Origin: Hyphomicrobiales bacterium
GTDB lineage: Bacteria; Pseudomonadota; Alphaproteobacteria; JAPOUT01
Length of the DNA stretch: 64,000 nucleotides
Direction: 5' to 3'
Assembly: GCA_026708545.1 (NCBI GenBank)
Contig: JAPOUT010000109.1
Location: forward strand, 70,609 to 134,608
The notes beneath the pieces were generated by a model. That model saw only the letters and a program-made list of their open reading frames with translations, ran no database searches and had not been told where the DNA came from. Below, piece after piece: positions 1 to 11,094 of the stretch. The first letter of the stretch is position 1; each line of letters opens with the position of its first letter. Made by a program: the position numbers and the translations under genes.

Positions 1-1699
1 CGACATGGCGAATGATGGTATCAGTGTACTGCTTGTAGAGTTGCTTGTCAGAGCGAACTTCATCGTGATATTTGCTCCATAAACGCTCCGCAGCTAATTG
101 AATTGGCGTAAGTGGATTTTTAATTTCGTGAGCAATGCGCCTAGCAACGTCAGACCATGCTGCTCGGCGCTGTGCAGCAACAAGTTCACTGATGTCATCG
201 AAGGTAACAACGTACCCCATATTGTCGTTGTTTTCGCGTTCGGCCGCGACGCGCACGAGGAGTGTTCGCGGAACACCTCCGTCATTGAGGGTAATTTGCT
301 CTTCAGTGCGTTCTTGTGGAACAGCCATCACCAACCGGACCAACGGGGCCATCTCCGGAATTGCATCTTCAATAGGCTGCCCAAGGAGAAAGTGTCCGGT
401 TCTTCCGATTAAATATCGTGCGGATTTATTGACATGATTAATGCGGCCTTCACCATCCAAACCAATAACGCCGGCACTGACGCCGGAGAGAACTGCTTCG
501 GTAAAACGTCTCCGCGCATCCATTTCAATATTTGCCTGCACAAGTTCATCGCGCTGGGATTGAACTTGTTCGGCCATTCGGTTGAATGTTTGTCCGAGCA
601 CTGAGATTTCGTCTTTACTTTCATCAAGATCGACGCGAGCGGACAAATCTCCCTTGCGGACGCGCTCAGCCGCATATGCCAAGGCTCCCAAAGGCGTCAT
701 CATCCGGTTGGCGAGCCACAAGCCTAACCATATCGCTGAGAGCAACACAATAAGCGTCATTGCAATATAAACCAGCGCGAAAGTGATCTCGACCTCGAAA
801 CGTCTATCCTTAAGGCTATCGTATTCGTCTCGAGCCTGAGACGCACCATCGAGATGCTCCAGCACTCTCGGATCGACAAAGCGCGAGACATGGAGATACA
901 ACCCCGGCAACGCACTCAACGATGCCAGCGCTCGGACTCGATTGTTTTCACGATCGCGGATGAGAATAACTTCGTGACGGTCGGCAGCGTCATACATTCC
1001 CGAAGTCGGGGGAACGGCGGCGATATCAGCGGTGTTTGTGGGGATGGTAGTGCTTGGAAGTCCTGCAGACCGAACATTACCGTTACGTTCAATGACATAG
1101 ACATCCGCGAGCGAGCGCAACGCTGATTGCGTTGTGAGAAAGTGAGTAAAGCCAACTCTATCACTAAGCAGGGAGCTAGCTGCACGTTCCAGGTCTTGTC
1201 GCATAGCATAGACATCGGCGCGAAGAAGATACGCGTGTTCATTGAGATAACTTTGTGCGATAATGAGAGAATTCTCAATGATAGTTCGGTTTCGTTTGGA
1301 GAACCAACTTTCAAGTTCCTGATGTAGTGTCACGAACGCGAACACTCCGACGAGCAACGCCGGTATCACAGCGATACCGGAGAAGATCATCACGAGTCTT
1401 GAGTGCAGTTTTGCGCCCGCTAAACCGCTCCGCCGTGCGCGGTAGAGTCGCAACACTCGGGTGCCGATAAGCCCGACTAACACTGACACCACTGCTAAAT
1501 TCGCAAGTAGCAGTATAATGACGATAGTATAATTGAGGGATACGGGAGCAAGTCCGGTAAGAATCCCGTATGTTGCAATTCCGAGCACCATGGCGGTTGG
1601 AACCAGTCCGACCGAGAGCCATGCGCTTGGCGAGAATTTTCTCTTCTGCAACCACTCGAGGATGGAATACCTCTGTCTGAGTGGGTAGGATATGCTCAT
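1..1699 (-). CDS. ntrY: Nitrogen regulation sensor histidine kinase NtrY, 3' end runs off the window
   Basis: Not in the ORF track because it has no stop in the window. Manual translation from ATG 1699 gives TM segments, RRSGLAGAKLHSRLVMIFSGIAVIPA, and near the window start the H-box AWSDVARRIAHEIKNPLTPIQL...YTDTIIRHV in the same frame. Confidence 0.9.
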   Translation of the reverse strand, partial: MSISYPLRQRYSILEWLQKRKFSPSAWLSVGLVPTAMVLGIATYGILTGLAPVSLNYTIVIILLLANLAVVSVLVGLIGTRVLRLYRARRSGLAGAKLHSRLVMIFSGIAVIPALLVGVFAFVTLHQELESWFSKRNRTIIENSLIIAQSYLNEHAYLLRADVYAMRQDLERAASSLLSDRVGFTHFLTTQSALRSLADVYVIERNGNVRSAGLPSTTIPTNTADIAAVPPTSGMYDAADRHEVILIRDRENNRVRALASLSALPGLYLHVSRFVDPRVLEHLDGASQARDEYDSLKDRRFEVEITFALVYIAMTLIVLLSAIWLGLWLANRMMTPLGALAYAAERVRKGDLSARVDLDESKDEISVLGQTFNRMAEQVQSQRDELVQANIEMDARRRFTEAVLSGVSAGVIGLDGEGRINHVNKSARYLIGRTGHFLLGQPIEDAIPEMAPLVRLVMAVPQERTEEQITLNDGGVPRTLLVRVAAERENNDNMGYVVTFDDISELVAAQRRAAWSDVARRIAHEIKNPLTPIQLAAERLWSKYHDEVRSDKQLYKQYTDTIIRHV

Positions 1700-1778
1700 A
1701 TGCTTACGTTATTGTTGGCGTCTGAGGAGATTGTGGGTTATTATCGGTTTTTTTACAACAGGGTTGCGGTAGAGCAAC

Positions 1779-2972
1779 ATGACTACTGGAGATTTTAGCA
1801 CGAAACTTACGAGGATTGCTTTGATTCTTGCTGCCGGATGCAGTGAGCGCGCCGGAGAGACTGGAACTCCCAAGCAATATCGCCGACTTGGTGGAATGCC
1901 TCTGTTGTGTCATTCGCTAGGGTGTTTTCTGACACATGATGGAATCGATGCGATACGCGTGGTGCTAAAGCCCTCGCAACATCTTCTATACGAAGATGCC
2001 TTAGAGCATCTTCAATTACGAGATAAGCTACTTGATCCGGTCGAAGGTGGTGAGACTCGGCAACAAAGTGCTCGGGCCGGCCTCGAATCTATCGAATCTC
2101 TCGCACCTGATGTTGTTCTGATTCATGATGCCGCCCGCCCATTTGTTAGACATGAAGACATCAACGCTTGTCTTGAGGGGCTTGCATATTCGAAGGCGGT
2201 GGTTCCAAGCATTCCTCTTACCGATGCTCTTAAACAGTATGACAATGGGGTCCTCCGCCATGTGCCTCGAGACTCTTACCGACTTGCGCTCACGCCTCAA
2301 GGTTTTGACTTTGCTACCCTCTTGCAGGCACATCGTACATTAACCGAGCACTCTTTCCCTGACGATGCCGCTTTGATTGAGCATACTGGTATTTCAGTAA
2401 AATCCATCGAAGGCAGGCGCAGTAATTTTAAAATTACTTTTGCTGAAGATTTCTTTCGAGCCGAAGTTATGTTCAATTCACCTACCCGCTCGCGTACAGG
2501 ATTCGGTTATGATGTCCACCGCTTCACATCAGGCACCTGCGTTCGCCTATGCGGTGTCGACATTCCTTTTGAAAAAAGCTTGGCGGGACACTCAGATGCC
2601 GATGTCGGACTGCATGCGCTTACTGACGCTATCCTTGGTGCTATTGCCGCAGGGGACATCGGTTCGCATTTTTCTTCAAGCGACCCGAGATGGCATGATT
2701 CGGACTCCAGTGTGTTCCTAAACCACGCTGTCGAACTTGCCGAGAAAGAAGGTTTTTACGTTCATCATGTTGACATCACTTTGATATGCGAAGCGCCAAA
2801 TCTTGCACCTTATCGTGGTGCAATGCGCGAAGCCGTCGCTGACATTTTAGATATTGACGTCTCCGCTGTAAGTGTCAAAGCAACAACGACTGAAGGTTTG
2901 GGATTTCTTGGACGTGGCGAAGGTATCGCCGCCCAAGCGGTTGCGAGTCTGTCACCTAAGGTTGTGCCGTGA
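1779..2972 (+). CDS. ispDF: Bifunctional IspD/IspF (MEP pathway)
   Basis: LILAAG..R...PKQY, GGETRQQS and IHDAARP (IspD); GFGYDVH, GHSDADV..HA and KATTTEGLGFLGRGEG (IspF). Confidence 0.96.
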   Translation: MTTGDFSTKLTRIALILAAGCSERAGETGTPKQYRRLGGMPLLCHSLGCFLTHDGIDAIRVVLKPSQHLLYEDALEHLQLRDKLLDPVEGGETRQQSARAGLESIESLAPDVVLIHDAARPFVRHEDINACLEGLAYSKAVVPSIPLTDALKQYDNGVLRHVPRDSYRLALTPQGFDFATLLQAHRTLTEHSFPDDAALIEHTGISVKSIEGRRSNFKITFAEDFFRAEVMFNSPTRSRTGFGYDVHRFTSGTCVRLCGVDIPFEKSLAGHSDADVGLHALTDAILGAIAAGDIGSHFSSSDPRWHDSDSSVFLNHAVELAEKEGFYVHHVDITLICEAPNLAPYRGAMREAVADILDIDVSAVSVKATTTEGLGFLGRGEGIAAQAVASLSPKVVP

Positions 2973-3463
2973 GAATTGTCCTAACCCCCCTACCCCCCGG
3001 GCTACGTTGGTATGATGGCGTGGTCCTCCTCGCCACGTGGTTTGGATGCGGGCGAATTCCCATCGCACCTGGAACTATCGGCGCACTAGGCGCATTACCG
3101 GTGGCATTGCTGGTACTATGGTGGGACGTTGTTACCGGCATTGTCATGACATGCATAATTTTCTTTGTCGGCGTACAGACATCAACAAAATACGCTCGCG
3201 CTGCAGATAAAAAGGATCCAAGTGAAATCGTCATTGATGAAACCGCAGGACAATGCTTGTGCCTGTGCTTTGCACCCTTGACGCTTTCCGGCGTAATTGC
3301 CGCTTTCTTGCTATTCCGCCTGTTCGACATCGCCAAACCTGTTCCCATCCGCTGGGTCGAGAACCGCTTTCCCGACGGCTGGGGCATCATGCTCGATGAT
3401 ATTATGGCCGCGGTTTATGCCGGAAGCATCTTATTGTTGTTGCGTTTTATCGAGTTGTTGTAG
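2969..3463 (+). CDS. pgpA: Phosphatidylglycerophosphatase A
   Basis: APGTIG, DPSEIVIDE..G, FRLFDIAKP and GIMLDD motifs; usual position after ispDF. Confidence 0.94.
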   Translation: MRIVLTPLPPGLRWYDGVVLLATWFGCGRIPIAPGTIGALGALPVALLVLWWDVVTGIVMTCIIFFVGVQTSTKYARAADKKDPSEIVIDETAGQCLCLCFAPLTLSGVIAAFLLFRLFDIAKPVPIRWVENRFPDGWGIMLDDIMAAVYAGSILLLLRFIELL

Positions 3464-4325
3464 CGTACAACCACCAGTCGGGATAGGCACGCGCAAGCGC
3501 CACCCTCGCCCGCTCGACGGCATCAAAGTTTTCATAGATTCCAAAGCAAGTTGGACCACTCCCGCTCATGCGTGAAAACAAACAATCGTGACTTTCTTCC
3601 AATGCATCCAGAACATTTTGAATTTCCGGTAACAACGAAATCGCCGCTTTCTCCAAATTATTTTCCCGCACTCGACACCACGAAATTAAATCTCCGAGAG
3701 TCATACTGCCGGGGTTCGTATCGTCGGAGATATTTTTTTCATTTCCATCGAGTTTATCCCAACATCGATAAACTTCTCCGGCAGATAACATCCCGGGAGG
3801 TTTTGCCAGTAGTAGGGATATCTGTGGCAAATTATTAAAAACGCGGATATCTTCACCCCGTCCGCGTATGACGCACGCGCGCATTCCTTTTTGCGCCCGG
3901 AGGCAAACGGGAACATCGGCTCCCAACTCTGATGCCAACACCTCGAGTTCTTCGTGAACAATCCCTTCCCCAAGCGCATCAAGCATGGCGGCGGCATCGC
4001 TTGACCCTCCTCCCAATCCTGCCGCTATAGGAATGTATTTTTCCAACCGAACATGACCGCTCAAAGAAACTTCATATTGTTGCATGAACAATCTCGCTGC
4101 TTGAATAACTAAATTTTTTTCTCCTGCAGGTGTGTTATCGATGAAATCTCCACTTAATTGCAATGCAAATCCGGCGGCGTTGGCTTGCGAATTCCATTCC
4201 AATCTATCGGCAAGGTTTACAAATACAATTAAAGAATCAATATCATGGTAGCCGTCGGCACGTTTTCGCAACACACGTAAAGTTAAATTTACTTTCGCGC
4301 ATGCATCTCGCACACGCGCCTTCAA
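3447..4325 (-). CDS. ispE: 4-diphosphocytidyl-2-C-methyl-D-erythritol kinase
   Basis: AKVNLTL, GYHDIDSL, KYIPIAAGLGGGSSDAA, LGADVPVC and RMSGSGPTCF. Confidence 0.96.
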   Translation of the reverse strand: MKARVRDACAKVNLTLRVLRKRADGYHDIDSLIVFVNLADRLEWNSQANAAGFALQLSGDFIDNTPAGEKNLVIQAARLFMQQYEVSLSGHVRLEKYIPIAAGLGGGSSDAAAMLDALGEGIVHEELEVLASELGADVPVCLRAQKGMRACVIRGRGEDIRVFNNLPQISLLLAKPPGMLSAGEVYRCWDKLDGNEKNISDDTNPGSMTLGDLISWCRVRENNLEKAAISLLPEIQNVLDALEESHDCLFSRMSGSGPTCFGIYENFDAVERARVALARAYPDWWLYATTTR

Positions 4326-6001
4326 GGAGATAATCCGTGCAGGAGCTTTTCTTCAATAACGGCTATCTCTTCTTCTTCAGGGTCAAGTAGAAGTGCGCGA
4401 CGCCATTGGAAACGTGCCTCCAACTTGCGTCCGCTCTGCCAAAAAGAATCCCCTAAATGATCGTTGATGATAGGATCATCCGGCTCCAACTCGACGGCGC
4501 GTTCAAGATAATGGTTTGCTTTGTCAAAATCACCTAGTTTGTAATATGCCCAACCCAAACTATCGACGATGAATCCGTTTTGCGGACGTTCTCGTGTTGC
4601 CTTTTCAAGCATGTCGAGTGCGAGGTTTAACCGCTCACCTTGCTCGATCCACGAGTAACCAAGATAATTCAACACGAAAGGATGTTCACCTGAGAGTCGC
4701 ATGGCAATTTTAAAATCCTCTTCTGCCTCAGGCCATCTGCTGGAACGTTCGTATGCAACAGCACGACCATAAAAAACAGTCCAATCACCTCGTCTTGGTG
4801 ACTCCAATGCATCAATCACGGAAGAATAAGTTGCAACCGCTTCATCATAACGTTCGTGGATTCGATAGAACGCTGCTAATGCTAAAGTTGCAACTCTAGA
4901 GTCGGGAACCTCTTCGTTTAAGCGAAGTAACGTCTCAAGCGCTTTATCATTCTTTTCTATTTCCCCGTAAATCTGTGCAATATGCGCCTGTGCATTAATA
5001 TAGTATGGCGATGTTTTCGGAATCACACTGTAACTTTCTAATGCCGAATCGAAGAATTCGAATTGTTCGTATTGCTCTCCGAGTAACAGGCGTGCCTCGT
5101 GCAGTTTAGGTCGCAGGAAAAGCGCAAAACGCAAATAAGGAAGGTATGCTAAAGTAACATCGTCACCGCTCTCAAGCGACAATAGCGTAAATATTCCATA
5201 GAACAACTCTGCAATCCCTTCCAAACCGTCACGCACCATAGGTTCCGGAATCTCACCGTGCTCGATTGCTCGACTTCGAGTTTCCCACAATCCTTGCCCG
5301 AAACCATCATTTTGCAAACGTTCTTCGTAAAAGCTTCGCGCCTCATCTGTGCGACCCTGACGCTCGAGGAAATTCCCGTAACCTTCGATAAAGCGCAATA
5401 TCGCACCGTTAACTGTCTTAATGGCGAGAAGATATTGCTCCTCCGCTCGCATAACATTGCCTGTCAAATCCAACATCAATGCCTCGTGAAAGTAACGAAA
5501 CCCTGCGAGCGCGTTATCTTCTTTTATTGAAGCAAGAGCGGTTTTAACTTCCTCATGTTGTTGCATTTCTTGAAAAATCCAAGCCGAAACTATCGGCCTG
5601 ATCCACTCTCCCACCGCTGAATTCTCCAACGACTCGAACATCGACAACGCCGCACCGTAATCATTGGCCTTTAGGGCGTACAACCCTAAAAACATCGAAA
5701 CGGATGCATTGTTGGATTCGTAATCCAACAGTCTCACTGCGAGCGAATATGCATTGGAAAAGTCTCCTGATGCCAAATATAACAGGAATAAATGGTTAAG
5801 AAGTTCGAGATTGTTTTCTTCCTCGAATACATCTGCGAGTTGTTCGGTTGCAATGTGTATTGCACCTTGGTTTTCAGCATGTCGACCAATGAGGTATTTA
5901 CCGAAAAGGGACCCTCCTGCTGTCGAGAATTTGTTTGCAGAGCATGATACCAGCAACATCACCAAGATTAGGACGCCTGGGAAATAACCTCGCGCTAACA
6001 T
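4322..6001 (-). CDS. TPR-repeat (lipo)protein
   Basis: Signal peptide with LVSC lipobox; C-terminal TPRs (VLNYLGYSWI, IVDSLGWAYY, INDHLGD..W..GR..EARFQW). This family typically lies upstream of ispE in Alphaproteobacteria. Confidence 0.88.
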   Translation of the reverse strand: MLARGYFPGVLILVMLLVSCSANKFSTAGGSLFGKYLIGRHAENQGAIHIATEQLADVFEEENNLELLNHLFLLYLASGDFSNAYSLAVRLLDYESNNASVSMFLGLYALKANDYGAALSMFESLENSAVGEWIRPIVSAWIFQEMQQHEEVKTALASIKEDNALAGFRYFHEALMLDLTGNVMRAEEQYLLAIKTVNGAILRFIEGYGNFLERQGRTDEARSFYEERLQNDGFGQGLWETRSRAIEHGEIPEPMVRDGLEGIAELFYGIFTLLSLESGDDVTLAYLPYLRFALFLRPKLHEARLLLGEQYEQFEFFDSALESYSVIPKTSPYYINAQAHIAQIYGEIEKNDKALETLLRLNEEVPDSRVATLALAAFYRIHERYDEAVATYSSVIDALESPRRGDWTVFYGRAVAYERSSRWPEAEEDFKIAMRLSGEHPFVLNYLGYSWIEQGERLNLALDMLEKATRERPQNGFIVDSLGWAYYKLGDFDKANHYLERAVELEPDDPIINDHLGDSFWQSGRKLEARFQWRRALLLDPEEEEIAVIEEKLLHGLSP

Positions 6002-8233
6002 TTAGAATCGGAGTTTAAAATCTGGTGGTTTGGATGCGGCAAGCGATTTGCCTCGACCAGAGAGGCTTGGATTGTTCATAAAATATTCGTGTGCGGTAAA
6101 AGGTGCAACACCTTCGCAAGGCCGAATGCGTTGGTAGGAACCATCCGCGTTCATGTTCCAGCTTTGCTGGTTATCTGCTAAGCAAGCTAACATAATTTGG
6201 TCAAGAATCTGGTTGTGGACGGTTGGATCTGTGATAGGCATGAGTGCCTCGACCCGGTAGTCGAAGTTTCGTGTCATCCAATCGGCAGACGAGATGAAAA
6301 CTTTCGCGTTATCGGATGGAAGGTCGTGGCCGTTTCCAAAGCAGACTATGCGAGAATGCTCGAGGAATCTACCGATAATGCTTTTGACTTGGATATTCTC
6401 GGAAAGCCCGGGCACACCCGGACGTAAACAGCAAATTCCCCGAACGATGAGTCGGATGCCCACACCGTCTTGCGAAGCCTTGTAGAGTGCTTCGATGATT
6501 TGGCCATCAACCAGAGAATTCATTTTTGCCCAAATATGGGCAGGTCGCCCGGCTTTTGCATTCATGCGTTCAACGTCGATAAGCTCGAGCAAGCGCGAGC
6601 GCAGGTTAAACGGCGAACTTGCCATGTGATGCAACCTTACGGGCTCAATATATCCGGTGATATAGTTAAATATGCAAGCGATGTCTTCGGCGAATTCCGG
6701 ATTAGCAGAGAAGAGCGAGAGATCTGTGTAGATGCGAGCAGTGATGGGGTGGTAGTTGCCTGTACCACAGTGGATATAAGAACATAGAGAACCGCCTTCG
6801 CGCCGGACGACAAGACTTAGTTTGGCATGCGTCTTTAGTTCCATGACTCCGTAAACGACTTGTGCACCTGCACGCTCGAGGTTTCTTGCCCATTTGATGT
6901 TGGCGGCTTCATCGAAGCGAGCTTTAAGTTCAACGATAGCGGTAACGGATTTACCCGCCTCGGCGGCATCTATCAACGCATTAACGATTGGGGAGTCGTT
7001 TGAGGTCCGGTAAAGAGTTTGCTTAATCAAAATGACGTCAGGGTCTCGCGCGGCTTGCCGCAAGAACTGTACGACCGTATCGAATGATTCATATGGATGA
7101 TGCACAAGAATGTCCTTGGAACGTATCGCCGCAAAGCAGTCCCCACCATATTCTCGAATGCGTTCCGGAAATCGTGGAGTATACGTTGGAAATCGAAGCT
7201 CGGCGCCTTTACAGGCGATCATTTGTGCGAGTCGCTGGAGTCCGACAAGTTCACTGGAGACGACGATGTCACGATCTTTGATGCGCAACTGATTTGTAAT
7301 CCAGCTACGTAATTCGGAAGGCATGCTTGCAGAGACTTCGAGTCGGATGATGCTACCACGACGTCTGCGCTTGAGCGCGCTACCAAGCGTTTGGACAAGA
7401 TCTTCGGCTTCCTCTTCGATTTCGAGGTCACTGTCCCTGACAGCCCGGAAAGCCCCGGCAGCTTGTGCGTGGTAATCAGGGAAGAAACTTTCTATAAAGA
7501 GGCCAATAAGGTTTTCGATGCTAATAAACCGAAGATTTTCACTGTTTCCGGAGGAGGTTTCAATCTCAATGAAGCCATCGAGTTTTCCAGGGATGGGCAG
7601 GAGCGCGTGTTTGACGTCCCCTTTGAGTTTATGCCGAAGCGGTAGCGCGAGAGCAAAACCGAGATTGGGAATGAAAGGAAACGGATGCGTAGGGTCGATT
7701 GCAAGGGGTGTAAGCAAGGGGAAAATGTGTTTAAGAAAATATTTTTCAAGCCAATCTCGCTCATGTTCGCGGACTTGTTCAGGTCCGATGATGGAGATAC
7801 CGGATTCGCGGAGCTCTCGATGTAACCGCAGCCAATGCCGCTGTTGTAAATGCATGAGCGCCCTAGCCGCCCGCTGGACTTGTGCGAGTTGCTGTTGCGC
7901 GGTTAAGCCGTCCAACGAGAATGACTCAATTCCTGCAGCTCTTTGACCTCTGAGGCCTGCGAGGCGCACCATGTAAAATTCATCAAGGTTTGTTGCAGAG
8001 ATAGTAAGAAAGCGCAAACGTTCTAACAGCGGATGTGCTTGGTTGTTACATTCTTCAAGGACTCGTCGGTTGAATTGGAGCCAGGAAAGTTCACGATTGA
8101 GGAAATATTCGGAAATGGGCGCAGGCGCTCTGAGGCTCGCCCTTCCTATTGGGAGCGTTCCACGCCTCATCCGCTTCTTATCCAAAGGGATGGGCTTGCT
8201 TACCTTTGCCTTAGAACCGCTGGAAGTGTTCAT
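6002..8233 (-). CDS. ppk1: Polyphosphate kinase 1
   Basis: [50 protein letters not shown] and SSADWMTRN. Confidence 0.97.
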   Translation of the reverse strand: MNTSSGSKAKVSKPIPLDKKRMRRGTLPIGRASLRAPAPISEYFLNRELSWLQFNRRVLEECNNQAHPLLERLRFLTISATNLDEFYMVRLAGLRGQRAAGIESFSLDGLTAQQQLAQVQRAARALMHLQQRHWLRLHRELRESGISIIGPEQVREHERDWLEKYFLKHIFPLLTPLAIDPTHPFPFIPNLGFALALPLRHKLKGDVKHALLPIPGKLDGFIEIETSSGNSENLRFISIENLIGLFIESFFPDYHAQAAGAFRAVRDSDLEIEEEAEDLVQTLGSALKRRRRGSIIRLEVSASMPSELRSWITNQLRIKDRDIVVSSELVGLQRLAQMIACKGAELRFPTYTPRFPERIREYGGDCFAAIRSKDILVHHPYESFDTVVQFLRQAARDPDVILIKQTLYRTSNDSPIVNALIDAAEAGKSVTAIVELKARFDEAANIKWARNLERAGAQVVYGVMELKTHAKLSLVVRREGGSLCSYIHCGTGNYHPITARIYTDLSLFSANPEFAEDIACIFNYITGYIEPVRLHHMASSPFNLRSRLLELIDVERMNAKAGRPAHIWAKMNSLVDGQIIEALYKASQDGVGIRLIVRGICCLRPGVPGLSENIQVKSIIGRFLEHSRIVCFGNGHDLPSDNAKVFISSADWMTRNFDYRVEALMPITDPTVHNQILDQIMLACLADNQQSWNMNADGSYQRIRPCEGVAPFTAHEYFMNNPSLSGRGKSLAASKPPDFKLRF

Positions 8234-8937
8234 AGCGTGTTTTTCTCTCTCTCCTCCTTGCCAATGTTTCCTTGTTGGAGAAGCTCACGAGCAAGAGCAA
8301 CGCCGACACGACGCCGACCCGAAAGCGATGCATAGTCAAGCATTTTGACCATCCTTTCTGCCGCCTTCCAAGACCTCTCCATGCGTCTGGAGAGATAAGG
8401 TATGAGCCCGTCTTCGACTCGAATGTGCCTGTCGGCGAGCAGTTTCTCCAGCACCCATTCCAATAGTATATCATCAGGCGAGTGAAGAGCAACTAGTGGC
8501 ATAGCGCGCAGACGGGAACGCAAGTCCGGGAGTGTATAGTTATGGGTGGCGGGAGGCTCGCGCATGGTTGCGAGAAAAAAGGATTGTTCTTCATTGACAA
8601 GATTGAGCAGATGAAAGAGCGTTGTTTCAGCGAATGCTCCAAGAGTATCGAGTCCTTCCAGGATGATTGCACCGTTGCGTAAGAGTTCCGGCAGGCACGA
8701 CTCATTCAACTCGCTTGCGTGAATTAGGATCGCATTGGCTCGCAATTGCCAGACAGCTGCCAGGTGCGACTTGCCGCATCTCTCGGGACCAACGAGTCCG
8801 ATGCTCCTATTATCCCATTGAGGCCATAAATCGATAAATTTGGCAGCCTCTTCGTTGGAAGCCGTGACCCGGAAGTCGCCGCGCCCGAAGGCGGGACGAA
8901 ATTGCAAATCGAGGGGCATTTGTAGCGTCCGGTTCAT
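8230..8937 (-). CDS. hdaA: DnaA regulatory inactivator HdaA (AAA+)
   Basis: N-terminal QMPLDL clamp-binding motif, [17 protein letters not shown] and LPDLRSRL. Confidence 0.88.
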   Translation of the reverse strand: MNRTLQMPLDLQFRPAFGRGDFRVTASNEEAAKFIDLWPQWDNRSIGLVGPERCGKSHLAAVWQLRANAILIHASELNESCLPELLRNGAIILEGLDTLGAFAETTLFHLLNLVNEEQSFFLATMREPPATHNYTLPDLRSRLRAMPLVALHSPDDILLEWVLEKLLADRHIRVEDGLIPYLSRRMERSWKAAERMVKMLDYASLSGRRRVGVALARELLQQGNIGKEEREKNTL

Positions 8938-10001
8938 TGGCCGGATTCAAAAAGCCGGAGTGTCCAGATATTGCTCTCTTGGGAAACAAGGAATCCGTTA
9001 CGGCGCAATCCATCGACAAGGGTTTTGCCATTGCCGTTAAAACCAATTTGGAGCCAGGCGTTACGGATATTCATTTCTTCGACTTGCAGGGTGCGAATGT
9101 ATGAAGCGGTTTCAAGTTGTTTGCGTATTTGCGTCCACTCTTGGATGCTTTCGAAGCCTGCACGTAACCGGAAAGTTGAAGGGGCATCCCGTGCTTGGAT
9201 AGAACGTTTTTTCCAATTTTGCTCGATTTGAGTTGTGATGTCTTCGACGGCTTTGTCCATGTTTGCTGTAACGAAATTAAATTGTGCGAAGCGCTGAACT
9301 TCGGAATTTTCGGGGAGAATTCTATACACGGCGACATCAACGTCAACCCTTGTGTTATCGGGACGCATTTGTGCAATTAGGATTCTGTCAGCTTCGTAGC
9401 GTCGTGCAAGCCGCGCGAGCCGAGAGGTGTCATCGATAGCCTTGACGGGGAGAATAGACCTATCTTCCAGATCAGCCAGAGGTAAGAGATAGGAAATAGA
9501 GAGAAAGTTTGGGTTAAGATTCCTCCAAGCACTCCACCACGAATTTGTGTCACGCCAAAGTGACCGTTCGGTTCCGTCGAAATAGAGAGGTAGAACGAGG
9601 GTCGTCGGCGGCGAGACTTCGAGAAAGCCAATATTTTTACTAGAAAGAAATTCACGCAACGCATCCTGATTGAAGTTGATGGTGATGTTTGCGAGGTATC
9701 GTGTTGAACTGGTTTTTTCATCTTCGATTTCGATGGAATCAATCATAGGTTGGACATCTTCGAAACTAGGTCTGGGAAGCCTGTCATGGTCTTGTTGGAG
9801 TGTGATACGTCGGAGCAGCCTATAGAATCCAAGAATCTGTGCTTCTCGTATGGCCTTTTGCCGTGCAACAACAGCGGAAACATCGGAGACGTCAACGGCA
9901 ATGCCCCGGACAATGTAGAGTTCGTTAGCGTGGACCAAGCCCATCGCGGGCACAGCCGCAAATGTTGCAGCCAATGCAAAGAGAAAAAACAGCCGTCTCA
10001 C
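8934..10001 (-). CDS. Exported protein, DUF2066-like
   Basis: Signal peptide; V.VD...AR..A..EA and Y.A...I.F motifs; usual neighbour of hdaA. Confidence 0.7.
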   Translation of the reverse strand: MRRLFFLFALAATFAAVPAMGLVHANELYIVRGIAVDVSDVSAVVARQKAIREAQILGFYRLLRRITLQQDHDRLPRPSFEDVQPMIDSIEIEDEKTSSTRYLANITINFNQDALREFLSSKNIGFLEVSPPTTLVLPLYFDGTERSLWRDTNSWWSAWRNLNPNFLSISYLLPLADLEDRSILPVKAIDDTSRLARLARRYEADRILIAQMRPDNTRVDVDVAVYRILPENSEVQRFAQFNFVTANMDKAVEDITTQIEQNWKKRSIQARDAPSTFRLRAGFESIQEWTQIRKQLETASYIRTLQVEEMNIRNAWLQIGFNGNGKTLVDGLRRNGFLVSQESNIWTLRLFESGQ

Positions 10002-10273
10002 GGTTCGCTTCTTTTTGGCAGAGAGCCAAGAGGAAAGGGTTTTTCGTCACTTGCGAAGACGATGTATTTAAGGCACTCGTAGGCGTAATTAGCGAAGAGG
10101 TTGCCCGAGGTTTCGAGTCCGCCATGTCGTCCGCCCCGCACCCATACTACAATCAATTGCGCGATTCCCAACAGTACCGCGATTGAGAAGGCGATACATC
10201 CGAGCATCCAATATCCGAGCATGAAAAGTAGTCTTGCCCAGAGGGGATCGTTCCTAGTGTCATTGTGTTCCAT
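9998..10273 (-). CDS. Small membrane protein, DUF4389-like
   Basis: W.RLLFM...Q.......Y..F.SDEKPFP signature; AGGAG ribosome-binding site. Confidence 0.8.
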   Translation of the reverse strand: MEHNDTRNDPLWARLLFMLGYWMLGCIAFSIAVLLGIAQLIVVWVRGGRHGGLETSGNLFANYAYECLKYIVFASDEKPFPLGSLPKRSEP

Positions 10274-10303
10274 GATTTTCTCCTGTGATTGTATTGTTTA
10301 GGA

Positions 10304-10993
10304 CTATCGCCATTCACCGTAGTTGAAGTTCCCAGGTCCTCCGGATATCGAGCGAGTTGGCGGCGCGAACCATCCGAAGCAGGTGAGACCGGCGATGAAA
10401 CCACCGATATGCGCCTCCCATGCAATGGCGCCGCTACCGAGAACACCACTCACAGTTGCAAATAATAAATCGATTCCAATGATGACGGCGATAATAGTGA
10501 GTATTTGACGATTTTGTAAGGTTTTTTCAAGGGATTGTGGCCGTGCTGAGAGAACGCCTCCTCGTAAGGGGAAAAGAAATCGCATGAGCGCGCCGAACAT
10601 TCCGAAGGTAGCCCCCGATGCTCCGATGGCGGGAAAATTGCTGCCTATATGAAAAATTACGTAAACGCCTCCGGCCGAGAGTGTGCAAAAAACAAAGAAG
10701 AGGAAAAAACGTACATTGCCGAGGTGCCTTGCAATGGTGCTGCCAAAGATTACAAGCCATGCCAGATTGAAGATTAGATGTTCCCACCCATCATGGAGGA
10801 AAGAGTATGAGACGAGGCTCCACGGGGCGTGGAGGACATTTGCGGGGATAAGGGCAAAGCGGTTTATGGCGGTAGTATGTTGATGCGAATCGAGAGAATC
10901 AAAAACGAGAAAACATAGTGTAAAAAAGCCACTTAAAAGTAAAACTTTAGAAGGAATATTAAAGGCTGGAGGCGGTGTTTTCGATGCAGGCAT
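10304..10993 (-). CDS. Rhomboid intramembrane serine protease
   Basis: FLH..WEHL.FN, GASG and AWEAHIGG motifs. Start placed at ATG 10993, 6 nt after a TATACT box. Confidence 0.9.
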   Translation of the reverse strand: MPASKTPPPAFNIPSKVLLLSGFFTLCFLVFDSLDSHQHTTAINRFALIPANVLHAPWSLVSYSFLHDGWEHLIFNLAWLVIFGSTIARHLGNVRFFLFFVFCTLSAGGVYVIFHIGSNFPAIGASGATFGMFGALMRFLFPLRGGVLSARPQSLEKTLQNRQILTIIAVIIGIDLLFATVSGVLGSGAIAWEAHIGGFIAGLTCFGWFAPPTRSISGGPGNFNYGEWR

Positions 10994-11094
10994 GGGAGTA
11001 GTATAAGAGAGTGGAAATTTCAAAACAAGGGGGAGGTGAAAAGGGTCGGATTTTAGGGGGGGATTCGGCACGCAGCCTCGGTCTCGTTATTCGA

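Noticed and set aside
1-1699. Apparent gene desert or pseudogene of short ORFs at the window start
   Set aside because: It is ntrY running off the window edge; the start and the window-edge codons are in the same frame.
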